A stretch of DNA of 64,000 bases, from the IMG/VR virus record IMGVR_UViG_3300029922_000040; one strand, written 5' to 3'. Origin of the DNA: a virus. Taxonomy: Duplodnaviria > Heunggongvirae > Uroviricota > Caudoviricetes. The position numbers were made by a program, and so were the translations under genes. Positions 27,403-36,023 of the stretch are shown here, piece after piece. The first letter of the stretch is position 1. Each line of letters begins with the position of its first letter. Under the pieces are notes generated by a model. It did not search any database. It saw nothing but the letters and a program-made list of their open reading frames with translations, and was not told the DNA's origin.

Positions 27403-27768
27403 ATGAAGGTTTATGGCAACTTGATGAACCGGATTATGGAGTCGGCTAAACCAGCCCACCCTGAAGTTGGCATGGGAGCGACCATCACCATGTACAGCGA
27501 CCGCTATCCGGCAACCATCGTCGGCGTGGAACTATTCAAGAGCGGCCCGAACAAGGGCACCGCCAGCGTGATTCGGGTACAGGAAGATGACGCGGTACGC
27601 ACCGACAAGAACGGCATGAGCGAAGACCAAGACTATGACTACACCCCCAACACCAACAACCCCATCATCACTTTCACCCGACGCAAGAATGGCAGCTTCA
27701 CCGAGAAGGGCAGAACATCCGGACTCATCGTCGGCAGGCGCGACAAATACTATGACTTCAGCTTCTAA
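27403..27768 (+). CDS. hypothetical protein (121 aa)
   Basis: ORF with a ggagg SD. Confidence 0.55.
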   Translation: MKVYGNLMNRIMESAKPAHPEVGMGATITMYSDRYPATIVGVELFKSGPNKGTASVIRVQEDDAVRTDKNGMSEDQDYDYTPNTNNPIITFTRRKNGSFTEKGRTSGLIVGRRDKYYDFSF

Positions 27769-27902
27769 TCCGCCGAACATCCTCGACGTGATTAGGATGT
27801 ACCGGAGAGAGCGAGAGCTTAGCTTTGAACAGGCGAAGGCTCTCGCTATTCAGGAGTTCGACAAACGCGGCTGGCCGCATCCTTCTGTAAAGTGAGAAAC
27901 GC

Positions 27903-28361
27903 ATGATATTGGACGTTTACAACCAACTACCCGAAGCCACTCCCGAAACCGTCAAAGAGATGGGAGTAAAGTACGCTGAAATTTTTGGCTTGGCCGTCAA
28001 TCTAATTTTTGGCTTGGCCGTCAATCTACACCTTTTCGAGCAGGTCGTAGAGCGACTCATTGACAATGAGACCCATCAAATCCACGGCGGCGAAAGCCTT
28101 GCCGCGAGGGCTTGGCGTCTTTACCGGCTGGAGCAAAACCCCGGCTTGTTGGTGTTTCAGAATAACAACCTAGAGGTCATGATTTCCACACCCGGCATCG
28201 TGTGGACGACTCTTAAGGTCACCGGACATGAGACCACGCTGGCCGACTACCGGGAATTCATCGCCAGTCTCATCATCAAGCATGGTGCTGACACCCGGTT
28301 TTGTTTGACATCAGACCGTGGCGACGAATACTTCAATCTGCGAGTGCCGGGAGGCCAATGA
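27903..28361 (+). CDS. hypothetical protein containing a perfect 24-bp tandem duplication
   Basis: 27981-28004 equals 28005-28028 (atttttggcttggccgtcaatcta), giving IFGLAVNL twice. Confidence 0.55.
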   Translation: MILDVYNQLPEATPETVKEMGVKYAEIFGLAVNLIFGLAVNLHLFEQVVERLIDNETHQIHGGESLAARAWRLYRLEQNPGLLVFQNNNLEVMISTPGIVWTTLKVTGHETTLADYREFIASLIIKHGADTRFCLTSDRGDEYFNLRVPGGQ

Positions 28362-28588
28362 TGCCTTACTGCAATAAGCAAGTAATGACCACCGGCTTGA
28401 ATTTCAATCGCCTTCGACAATGCAAGAACCACGCCATCGAGGGCTCCAAATTATGCCACGCACATCAACCCAAACCCAAACCTGAGTACAAGCCTGACCC
28501 CTACAAGACCGCCCTATTTGTGGCTGGCCTACAGGCTAAAGCTAGGACTCGCCGGGGAAGAGCACCAAAAAATCCTTGGGAAACCTAG
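28358..28588 (+). CDS. small basic Cys/His-containing protein
   Basis: ATG 28358 within ORF 28301..28588. Confidence 0.45.
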   Translation: MMPYCNKQVMTTGLNFNRLRQCKNHAIEGSKLCHAHQPKPKPEYKPDPYKTALFVAGLQAKARTRRGRAPKNPWET

Positions 28589-28615
28589 CCAAAACACCTA
28601 CACTCCCGGTATACT
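28572..28615 (+). promoter_or_regulatory. conserved phage promoter copy 10 (leaderless configuration)
   Basis: TAGCCA 28586-28591, 18 nt, TATACT 28610-28615; ATG at 28622. Confidence 0.5.
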
Positions 28616-28621
28616 AGAGAC

Positions 28622-29896
28622 ATGGACATGAGAGAAGCCGCTGAATTCGTGTTGAACACCCTCCGCAAGGCAGGATTTGAAGCCTACTTTGCTGGTGGTT
28701 GTGTTCGTGACTTTGTGATGGGACGGACTCCTAAGGATTTTGATATCACAACCAATGCCCGTCCAGAGCAGGTCACTCCCCTGTTTGATAAGACCATACC
28801 AGTCGGTGCTGCATTCGGCGTCGTGGTGGTGATGGTGGGAGGGTTTCAGTTTGAGGTCGCCACCTATCGTGCTGACGGTGCCTACAGCGATGGCCGTCGC
28901 CCCGATGAGGTTACCTACAGCAATTCCGCCGAGGAAGATGTAAAGCGGCGGGACTTCACCATGAACGGGCTCCTGATAGCCAATCCGTTTGATGCCCTCA
29001 TGACCGATTACAGTCTCGGCGTCCTCGACTACGTGGGCGGCAGGGATGACATCGAAAACCGGGTCATCCGGTGTATCGGCAATGCCGACACGCGCTTCAA
29101 AGAAGATGCATTGCGGATGTTGCGTGCGGTTCGCTTCGTTGGTCAGTTAGGCTTCGAGATAGAGGCGGAAACCTTCAAGGCCCTACAGGCGAACGTGGAC
29201 AGCATAGTCAACGTCTCCCGCGAACGTGTTGCGGAGGAGTTGAAGAAGCTGACCACATCCAAGTTCGCTGCCAGAGGGTTGGCGGCGTTGGCGTCTACTG
29301 GTTTGCTGCGTCGTCTGCTGCCTGACGGTGTTTCCGATACGCGCTTCGCCTTTACACTGGAGCGGTTCGCTATGTTCCAAACAACCGACCCCGTGATGGG
29401 TCTGGCGATGTTGCTGGCTGATACTCAGACCAACGAGATGGCAGCGTTGACCTGCGACAGCTTCAAGCTGTCTACGGATGAACGTGACGCCATCTTGGGT
29501 GCGGTTAGAAATCAGGAAGCCATAGGTTCAATTGGCTCTCCGGCTGGTACCAAGCTGTTGGCTCGTGAGAAGGGTGTACTGCCGTATGCAGTAGACCTGT
29601 TCGAGCAGAACATAGGTTTGGGCTTTGCAAACGGTGTAGAGGCAGGGATGGATGCAGTACTGCGGTACAGGGCATTAACGCCGGAAGACATACGCCCATC
29701 ACCGTTTGTCTCTGGCCGGGATTTGATAGAGATGGGATTCACGCCGGGGCCGATGTTCACCACGGTTTTAAGGGCGGTGGAGTTCGGTCAATTAAACGGC
29801 ACATTGACCACCCGCGAACAGGCACTCGGCTTCGCTAAGTTCGAATCCGGGGTGCAGGAAACAGCAGCCTTCGTCAAGAGCGAAGCGGAAAGGTAA
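28622..29896 (+). CDS. cca: tRNA nucleotidyltransferase (CCA-adding enzyme) / poly(A) polymerase family
   Basis: The head-domain signature GGCVRDFVMGRTPKDFDITTNARPEQV and RRDFTMNG are present. Confidence 0.8.
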   Translation: MDMREAAEFVLNTLRKAGFEAYFAGGCVRDFVMGRTPKDFDITTNARPEQVTPLFDKTIPVGAAFGVVVVMVGGFQFEVATYRADGAYSDGRRPDEVTYSNSAEEDVKRRDFTMNGLLIANPFDALMTDYSLGVLDYVGGRDDIENRVIRCIGNADTRFKEDALRMLRAVRFVGQLGFEIEAETFKALQANVDSIVNVSRERVAEELKKLTTSKFAARGLAALASTGLLRRLLPDGVSDTRFAFTLERFAMFQTTDPVMGLAMLLADTQTNEMAALTCDSFKLSTDERDAILGAVRNQEAIGSIGSPAGTKLLAREKGVLPYAVDLFEQNIGLGFANGVEAGMDAVLRYRALTPEDIRPSPFVSGRDLIEMGFTPGPMFTTVLRAVEFGQLNGTLTTREQALGFAKFESGVQETAAFVKSEAER

Positions 29897-29898
29897 TC

Positions 29899-30258
29899 AT
29901 GGGTCTCTACAATTTGCTCTTCGGCCAGAACCCACGCGCTCATGTCTATCTGGCCTGTCTTGGTCTGAACCCCGGTGATGTCGGGCGATTCCGCGACTGC
30001 TACCTGAAGGATGGCACCATCGCGGTCTACACGCGCAACGGCGGCGGGAATCGGGAAGACTACATGCCCGATTTCTCCAACCATGCCAACTACCTGCGTG
30101 ACGAGGACGACGACTTCGACTGCACGTACGCAACCATCTACTTCTCTTATCCTACGGAGTATGTCGAGATTCTCAAGGCTCTGGAGAGTGGCGAAGGAAA
30201 TGCCCCTCCGAGTGAGAAGTGGACTAAGCTTTTGGAGTCGATGAACAATGACAAGTGA
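29899..30258 (+). CDS. hypothetical protein (119 aa)
   Basis: ORF. Confidence 0.5.
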   Translation: MGLYNLLFGQNPRAHVYLACLGLNPGDVGRFRDCYLKDGTIAVYTRNGGGNREDYMPDFSNHANYLRDEDDDFDCTYATIYFSYPTEYVEILKALESGEGNAPPSEKWTKLLESMNNDK

Positions 30259-30922
30259 AACCGAACTTCTTCTCACTCGCGGTCTCCCCAAATGGCCGGG
30301 GTTGCTCGTAGTGGGCGAACCCGTGACTCTTGAACAGGCGGAGGAGATTATCATCCGCACCGCGAGTCTCCACTTTTCCTCGAACGACAAGGCATTCCTG
30401 CGCGACCTGTACAAAGCAGCAGACATCGAACTTGAGGCCGATTACCCATGGCCGGAGTGGAAGTCCATGCAAGCGGCTGAGAGCAAGTACAAGGTACTTC
30501 CGCTTGACTACCTGCACAACTCACAGATTGTCTCTTCCTACATCGGCGGACCACACGGCTGGTGCGATTGGGAGGGACACATTGGATGCAACAACTACAA
30601 TATCGGCAAGTGGCCGTCTGTTGAGAATGTGTTCAATGAGTGGAGCCTTATCGCCGCTGCATTTTCTTTTCTGAAGTTAAAGAGTCAGCTTTTCAATGGG
30701 GAGACTTCTGAGAACGAGAATGGAGAACTCCAGCCTGTCGTTCAATTCAACATCAACGAGGGCGTGGTGGAGCTTGTAACGCCCGAGGCGGTAGGTGCTG
30801 CGGTTGCACCTGACTTCGAGGCATTTACCAGAAAGCTATTTGCTCCCGGTGGTGAACGCGGCTGCACGATTGCCAAATTCAAACACGCACTGGCAACAAC
30901 GCTGAAAGCGGTGACAAAGTGA
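30248..30922 (+). CDS. hypothetical protein (224 aa)
   Basis: ORF. Confidence 0.55.
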   Translation: MTSETELLLTRGLPKWPGLLVVGEPVTLEQAEEIIIRTASLHFSSNDKAFLRDLYKAADIELEADYPWPEWKSMQAAESKYKVLPLDYLHNSQIVSSYIGGPHGWCDWEGHIGCNNYNIGKWPSVENVFNEWSLIAAAFSFLKLKSQLFNGETSENENGELQPVVQFNINEGVVELVTPEAVGAAVAPDFEAFTRKLFAPGGERGCTIAKFKHALATTLKAVTK

Positions 30923-31287
30923 TTTACGACCAAATCAGAGTGAAGCTGGCTCCGACGCTGAAGCTTCTCGATGAGGAACTCACCGAGATTGTAAAATCCA
31001 TCGCTACACTGACCGAAGCCATCAAAGTGGAGGACAGCAAGAAGCATGAGGCTGAACTGCGGGAGGCGCGTAAAGTTCTCGAACGCCAACGTCGCGAGAT
31101 TTGGCACAAACAACAGGCGCTGGAAGTGGAGGAGTTCAAGAGGCTCATCGCCGAGGAGTATGACCTCCCTCAAACACACCCCAAATTCGCCAAAGCGTAC
31201 AGCATCGCATATCAGCACGGGTCCGGCTGCGGTTGGTCTGATGTGGAGAGTCTATTCGGTGAGCTTGTCGAGCTTGTGAAAGGATAA
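30919..31287 (+). CDS. hypothetical coiled-coil protein (122 aa)
   Basis: ORF. Confidence 0.5.
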   Translation: MIYDQIRVKLAPTLKLLDEELTEIVKSIATLTEAIKVEDSKKHEAELREARKVLERQRREIWHKQQALEVEEFKRLIAEEYDLPQTHPKFAKAYSIAYQHGSGCGWSDVESLFGELVELVKG

Positions 31288-31288
31288 C

Positions 31289-31567
31289 ATGAACATCGTA
31301 GAGAGTGCAGTTACCGCCCTCATCATCATGATATTTGTTACGTTCCTTCTCATGTGGGTGAGGGTTCTCCAAGCCGGTTTGCGCCTTCGCAAGAAGCGGC
31401 TGGAAGACGCCGTAGCCGCTCGAAAATCTGAGGCCCAGCGGAGACTGGCTGAGACGAATTTCCGCATTCAGGACTCGTGGTTGATTGCGTCTCCGGTGGA
31501 AGTGCCAGAATTTCCAAAGGAGGAACACAGTGATTATCGTCAAACAAAGGAAACCACAAGCACCTGA
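31289..31567 (+). CDS. small membrane-anchored protein
   Basis: ORF with an N-terminal hydrophobic helix. Confidence 0.45.
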   Translation: MNIVESAVTALIIMIFVTFLLMWVRVLQAGLRLRKKRLEDAVAARKSEAQRRLAETNFRIQDSWLIASPVEVPEFPKEEHSDYRQTKETTST

Positions 31568-31769
31568 GAAAATATACACACTTCAGTGCAAGTGTGGAAC
31601 CATAGTGTCCTTTAAGTACAGCGAGGGCACATCCCACCGGGACACCGAAGGTGCTGAGTTCCTCACATTACCCTGCCCGGTCTGTCATGAGGTCAACCGA
31701 ATCAATGTTGATCGAGGCACTAACAGGATCGTTATACCCGAGATGAGAATATGGCCGAAGCAAGAGTAG
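31485..31769 (+). CDS. zinc-ribbon protein (CKCG...CPVCH); start uncertain
   Basis: ORF. Confidence 0.4.
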   Translation: MRLRWKCQNFQRRNTVIIVKQRKPQAPEKIYTLQCKCGTIVSFKYSEGTSHRDTEGAEFLTLPCPVCHEVNRINVDRGTNRIVIPEMRIWPKQE

Positions 31770-31934
31770 TTCTCGAAGGACGCGATTTGAGGCAACTCCT
31801 CACGGGTGGGGTTGTCGTGAAGCTGGAGGGCAGCACAAAGGTTCGTATTACCCTTGCCGACATTGGCTACATGCAAATTGGTAGCATCGTTGCCAACGCA
31901 CTAGGACTGGAACTGAAAGCGAAGGAGCGTCTTG

Positions 31935-32108
31935 ATGAGATTAGTCTCCGATGAAGTAAGAGACCTGCGGCAACTGATTGAGAACTGCCTGACCGTTCTG
32001 CGTACGCTACGTGATGACCCAGCTATCACCAGTGGTAAAGTCAAACTCAACCCTGACGTTGTTAGTTTCGTCAACTCCGCCGAGAAAGCGTACAAGCTGA
32101 TTCGATGA
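31935..32108 (+). CDS. small hypothetical protein (57 aa)
   Basis: Unlisted ORF from ATG 31935 to TGA 32106-32108. Confidence 0.35.
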   Translation: MRLVSDEVRDLRQLIENCLTVLRTLRDDPAITSGKVKLNPDVVSFVNSAEKAYKLIR

Positions 32109-32548
32109 GCGACAAGCTGGTGATTTTGTACCAAAAAATGGCCGACTTGACCGCCCCGGAGTGTGCCGGTGTGGGCGAAGGTTCCTGTCGTGTGCCTCAC
32201 TCCTGCTGCGATCAGATGTCCTGTGACATCACTAAAAGCATTGCGAAGGACGTATGGGGTGTCACTGACCTTCCAGAGTACCCTCCAACGAATCACCGAG
32301 GGGCCTACTACCTCGATGGCGACAAAGGCTGCACGGTCGCGCCACACCTTCGTCCGCATTGTGCTATGCACACATGCGCCGTGAACGGGCTTGGCTTCAA
32401 GCACGCTAATGGCGTCATCGACAAGAAGTGGACTCGTGACTACTTCAAGCTTCGGGGCAAGATTGAACGACTTGAGGCTGAGGTTCATCCGATTGGGCAA
32501 TTGCTCTTGCTCGAAAAGAGGCTTAACGTGTTTGAGGACGAAAAATAA
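32105..32548 (+). CDS. Cys/His-rich hypothetical protein (147 aa)
   Basis: ORF. Confidence 0.5.
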   Translation: MSDKLVILYQKMADLTAPECAGVGEGSCRVPHSCCDQMSCDITKSIAKDVWGVTDLPEYPPTNHRGAYYLDGDKGCTVAPHLRPHCAMHTCAVNGLGFKHANGVIDKKWTRDYFKLRGKIERLEAEVHPIGQLLLLEKRLNVFEDEK

Positions 32549-32591
32549 TTACTAAAATCTACAGCCAAACTCCAGCGAGTTCAGGTACTAT
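32548..32591 (+). promoter_or_regulatory. variant copy 14 of the conserved promoter, upstream of the helicase-MTase gene
   Basis: cagcca 32562-32567, 18 nt, TACTAT 32586-32591; ATG at 32598. Confidence 0.4.
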
Positions 32592-32597
32592 AACGTA

Positions 32598-35500
32598 ATG
32601 GCATCGACTATTGTACGAATTGATAACCAAGTTTTGGTTCGCGACAAGGGTGAGGGTGAAATACTCCCGGTGGGAGCCCAAATTGGAAATTGGTTTGTCA
32701 AGGGGGATATTGAGTACACCTACGAAATCCCCACACAAACCCGACTTTGTTTTTGTGGAAGGTGTAAGGGGCTTAACTGGCATCATCCTCCGGGTTCAAC
32801 TTTGATTGAATGCGGTAGCGGATTCAATCCGGCGTTAGCTCCTGACTTAATACAGGATGGCAAAGCCCGATATGAAATGGGGGCACGAACGGAGGAGGAT
32901 TGCCTTCGTTTGTGGGATGAGAAAAAAGTAATCGCTGGAGCACTGCGTAACCCGAGTATTGAACACCCCGAGTGGGGCAACCGCTTCAACAGGTACAACA
33001 AATGGGGGCAGTATCTTGGAATTCCCGACTACATCACAACCGATGAGTTGTTGAATCTCCTCCATTCAAACTACATCGAAGAGCGGCTGGCGTGGACTCG
33101 GGAAGCTACGCACGCAGCAACAGTTGAAATACGTTCAGCTTTTCAAAATCTTTTGCTGGCTGTCATTGGCGACTACGGTGGTTGCTTGGATGCATGTGCG
33201 AAGAAACTGAACTTGTCGGTCGAAACTCTCATCCAACGTTTGTGCGACTGCAAGAACGACGATGAGCGGCGGCAACTACTAGAAACCCCTAAGGAGCCTG
33301 AGACCCCTAAGGTTAGCCCCCCCGATACATGCCCGAAACCTGAAGACATCCCCACGTCTATCAAAAAACTTGACAAATTGATGCGGACGTACCCCAGTGG
33401 ATACTATGGCACGGCTGCAAATATACCTGAGATGTTAATACAACAGATGAACCAGTTACTGTGGATGCATTTAGAATTCCACGGTCTCGAACGCTTACAA
33501 CAGTGCCTTGCTGAGTGCATGACTGATACTCGTAAGCAATTTACAACCCTCTTTGAACAGGTGAAACGTTACCGAACCGAGAATCGCAACTGGATGCAAG
33601 CGTATTGCGTTTATTGGTTCGCTCACAGCGGACATCTTCTTGGGTTCAATCTAAGCGAGGCCGGAGCCGGAAAAACCAGCACCGTATATGCAATTGCGAA
33701 GGAGTTGGAACTAGAGAATGTTCTTATCCTCGGTACAAAATCTACGATTGATAACGATAACGATAACGACAGTCAATGGAAGCTGATGGCAAAGAGGGAG
33801 AACGAGCACAGGCAAAACATCTTCAACTGCCGTGACGTATTCGACCTCAAGAAGTTGGAATCAAAGCGGCGTAATTATGTGCTAGTAACTGAGTACACGG
33901 TGCAGAACAACCCCGACCTAATTGACCAGCTTTCCAAGATTCGCTGGGATATGATTGTCACTGATGAGCCCCAAGTATTCTCCGGCTCTAATGATGATAT
34001 AGACAGTACCAAACGGCTGAATCATTACTGTCGTCTTATTAGTGCAGCAATACAACTTAACCCTCGGTGCTTGAGGTACCTCATGTCAGCCACCCCCATT
34101 CGGTGTGAGGCCGAAGAGCTTATTCGAGTATTGGAGATAGTCTCAGGTGATGAACTTAAGAACGCAACTGGCGAGGGTGTATCCGGCCTTTTGAAGCTCC
34201 GCTTGTTTCTGTTCCGCAATGGATTTCGCTTCTACATCAATCCTAACCTTCTACCCATTGTGAAGCCGATAACTCTTGGTGTATACGAAGAGGTTGAACT
34301 CTTCGAAGACCCAGTTGTGAACTGCGTCATTATGGCTCAGTATCAATCGAACATCCTTTCCGAGGGTCGCACGATACTGGACATGGAGGTTGAAATGCTG
34401 CCGAGGCAGTGTGAGATTATCGAATCCAATCCAGTGCTTAAAAAAGCGTTTGTAGAAGCTTCATGCCCCATTCTTTATACACAGTTCACCGACACAAAAA
34501 GCAATCGAATTGTCTTTGTGCTGAAAGAATGGGCTGAGAAAATGAGACCGGGGTACCCAGTGTACATCTACACTGGGATGCACAAGCAAGACAAGCTGCT
34601 CAAAATCATTAAGAGGCATAAAGGTAAATGTACCCTCATTGCCAGTGCCCCCCTATCGGTTGGTCTGGACGGTCTTCAGAATCTTTCTGACACCATGTTT
34701 ATCATGGGCTCTCCGTGGCATTACGCTAACTTCGAGCAACTTCATCGCCGTATACGCCGCATTGGCTCACCCTTCTTGAATTCTGGTGTGGCGTGCATCG
34801 TAATGCTGGCGAAGGATGCTGAGTATCACGAAAATCGTTGGTCACGGCTGTGTCAGCGGCGGCGAAGCAGCTTGGTTGTTTTAGATGGAACCATTGTCCC
34901 TATTAACCCAAAACGTATCGAACAGGAGTACCTCAGGAACAAGGATAACATCTTGCGGTTATCTGGAGTGGAAGTGACCCCCGCTGCCACCGTTGTGGAT
35001 ATTACCACGCCACTCAAGCCTCGGAAGTACACCCCACCTAGAACAGTAATGATGGATGTTCATCGGCTGTATGCGAACTCTCACTCAGCCACACTGCCAC
35101 CCAAACGGCAAGGTGACCTGCTTATCGCTACCACGGGTAGAACATATAATCTAGCTGAGTATCATGCTGCCAATGAACTCACCAGCAAAGCGTACAAGCT
35201 TGTGTATGATACCTTTGTAGTGAAGAGCACCAACCTACGTATTCTAAGCTTGGGCTGCGGTACAACTGAACCTAAGTATGCACAGGAACTTGGCCTCCAG
35301 AATGTAACTTTTGTGGACATGCTCTTGACAGAGGAAGCGTATATTGAGTACCCTCAAATTTTACGACTCGACCGAAATGCAACAAAACTTCCTGATGGTT
35401 CGTTCGACCTTATTGTGTCTGTCCTTTCAATATTCCGGTTGGATTACGAACGCAGCATCCGAGAAATGGCACGGCTATTAGCTCCTAAAGGCCGTGCCAT

Positions 35501-35654
35501 CATTATTGAATCCTACCAATCTGAGAAAGCTGGTGGTAAACTTTGGGTACGGGAGAATTTAACCAAAGCATTCAAACTCAACGGTCTGAAATTCAAAGAA
35601 CCAAAACAGATGCCTAACCGGCATCTCCTGTTTGAAATACGAAAGGGGAGGTAG
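32598..35654 (+). CDS. SF2 (Snf2/DExH-like) helicase fused to a C-terminal SAM-dependent methyltransferase
   Basis: Helicase motifs: Walker A AGAGKTS, DEPQ box, and motif VI QLHRRIRRIG. Methyltransferase motifs: ILSLGCGTT and LLAPKGRAII. Confidence 0.75.
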   Translation: MASTIVRIDNQVLVRDKGEGEILPVGAQIGNWFVKGDIEYTYEIPTQTRLCFCGRCKGLNWHHPPGSTLIECGSGFNPALAPDLIQDGKARYEMGARTEEDCLRLWDEKKVIAGALRNPSIEHPEWGNRFNRYNKWGQYLGIPDYITTDELLNLLHSNYIEERLAWTREATHAATVEIRSAFQNLLLAVIGDYGGCLDACAKKLNLSVETLIQRLCDCKNDDERRQLLETPKEPETPKVSPPDTCPKPEDIPTSIKKLDKLMRTYPSGYYGTAANIPEMLIQQMNQLLWMHLEFHGLERLQQCLAECMTDTRKQFTTLFEQVKRYRTENRNWMQAYCVYWFAHSGHLLGFNLSEAGAGKTSTVYAIAKELELENVLILGTKSTIDNDNDNDSQWKLMAKRENEHRQNIFNCRDVFDLKKLESKRRNYVLVTEYTVQNNPDLIDQLSKIRWDMIVTDEPQVFSGSNDDIDSTKRLNHYCRLISAAIQLNPRCLRYLMSATPIRCEAEELIRVLEIVSGDELKNATGEGVSGLLKLRLFLFRNGFRFYINPNLLPIVKPITLGVYEEVELFEDPVVNCVIMAQYQSNILSEGRTILDMEVEMLPRQCEIIESNPVLKKAFVEASCPILYTQFTDTKSNRIVFVLKEWAEKMRPGYPVYIYTGMHKQDKLLKIIKRHKGKCTLIASAPLSVGLDGLQNLSDTMFIMGSPWHYANFEQLHRRIRRIGSPFLNSGVACIVMLAKDAEYHENRWSRLCQRRRSSLVVLDGTIVPINPKRIEQEYLRNKDNILRLSGVEVTPAATVVDITTPLKPRKYTPPRTVMMDVHRLYANSHSATLPPKRQGDLLIATTGRTYNLAEYHAANELTSKAYKLVYDTFVVKSTNLRILSLGCGTTEPKYAQELGLQNVTFVDMLLTEEAYIEYPQILRLDRNATKLPDGSFDLIVSVLSIFRLDYERSIREMARLLAPKGRAIIIESYQSEKAGGKLWVRENLTKAFKLNGLKFKEPKQMPNRHLLFEIRKGR

Positions 35655-35658
35655 TAAC

Positions 35659-35958
35659 ATGGCAAAGTTAAAACTGGAATTGCAGCGTGGTGGGGTACAG
35701 TCTCTTGTGACCCCGAAGGGAACCAAAGTATTGACTGGAGTGCCGCGAGTTGTGGCAACCAAATTTGGTACATACTTTGTGTTTGCGAAGACAAACGAAC
35801 ATGCGGAGAGCCTCATCAAGGTCGAGGGAACCGGACACCGCGTGTTCGAAGAGTATACGGTTGATGGCGTCACTGTGTATCGTCAGACCAAGGACACACC
35901 CAACGGCCAACTTAAGAAGGGTGAGTGGCATGTTGACGCGGATACTGTAACCTTGTAG
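35659..35958 (+). CDS. small beta-rich hypothetical protein (99 aa)
   Basis: ATG 35659 with a ggggagg SD, 5 nt after the helicase stop. Confidence 0.5.
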   Translation: MAKLKLELQRGGVQSLVTPKGTKVLTGVPRVVATKFGTYFVFAKTNEHAESLIKVEGTGHRVFEEYTVDGVTVYRQTKDTPNGQLKKGEWHVDADTVTL

Positions 35959-36023
35959 AATTGTCTGAAGCGCCGATGATGGCTCGAACAAGATTCTGCA
36001 CAAGATTCTAAAGAAGGGACTCT

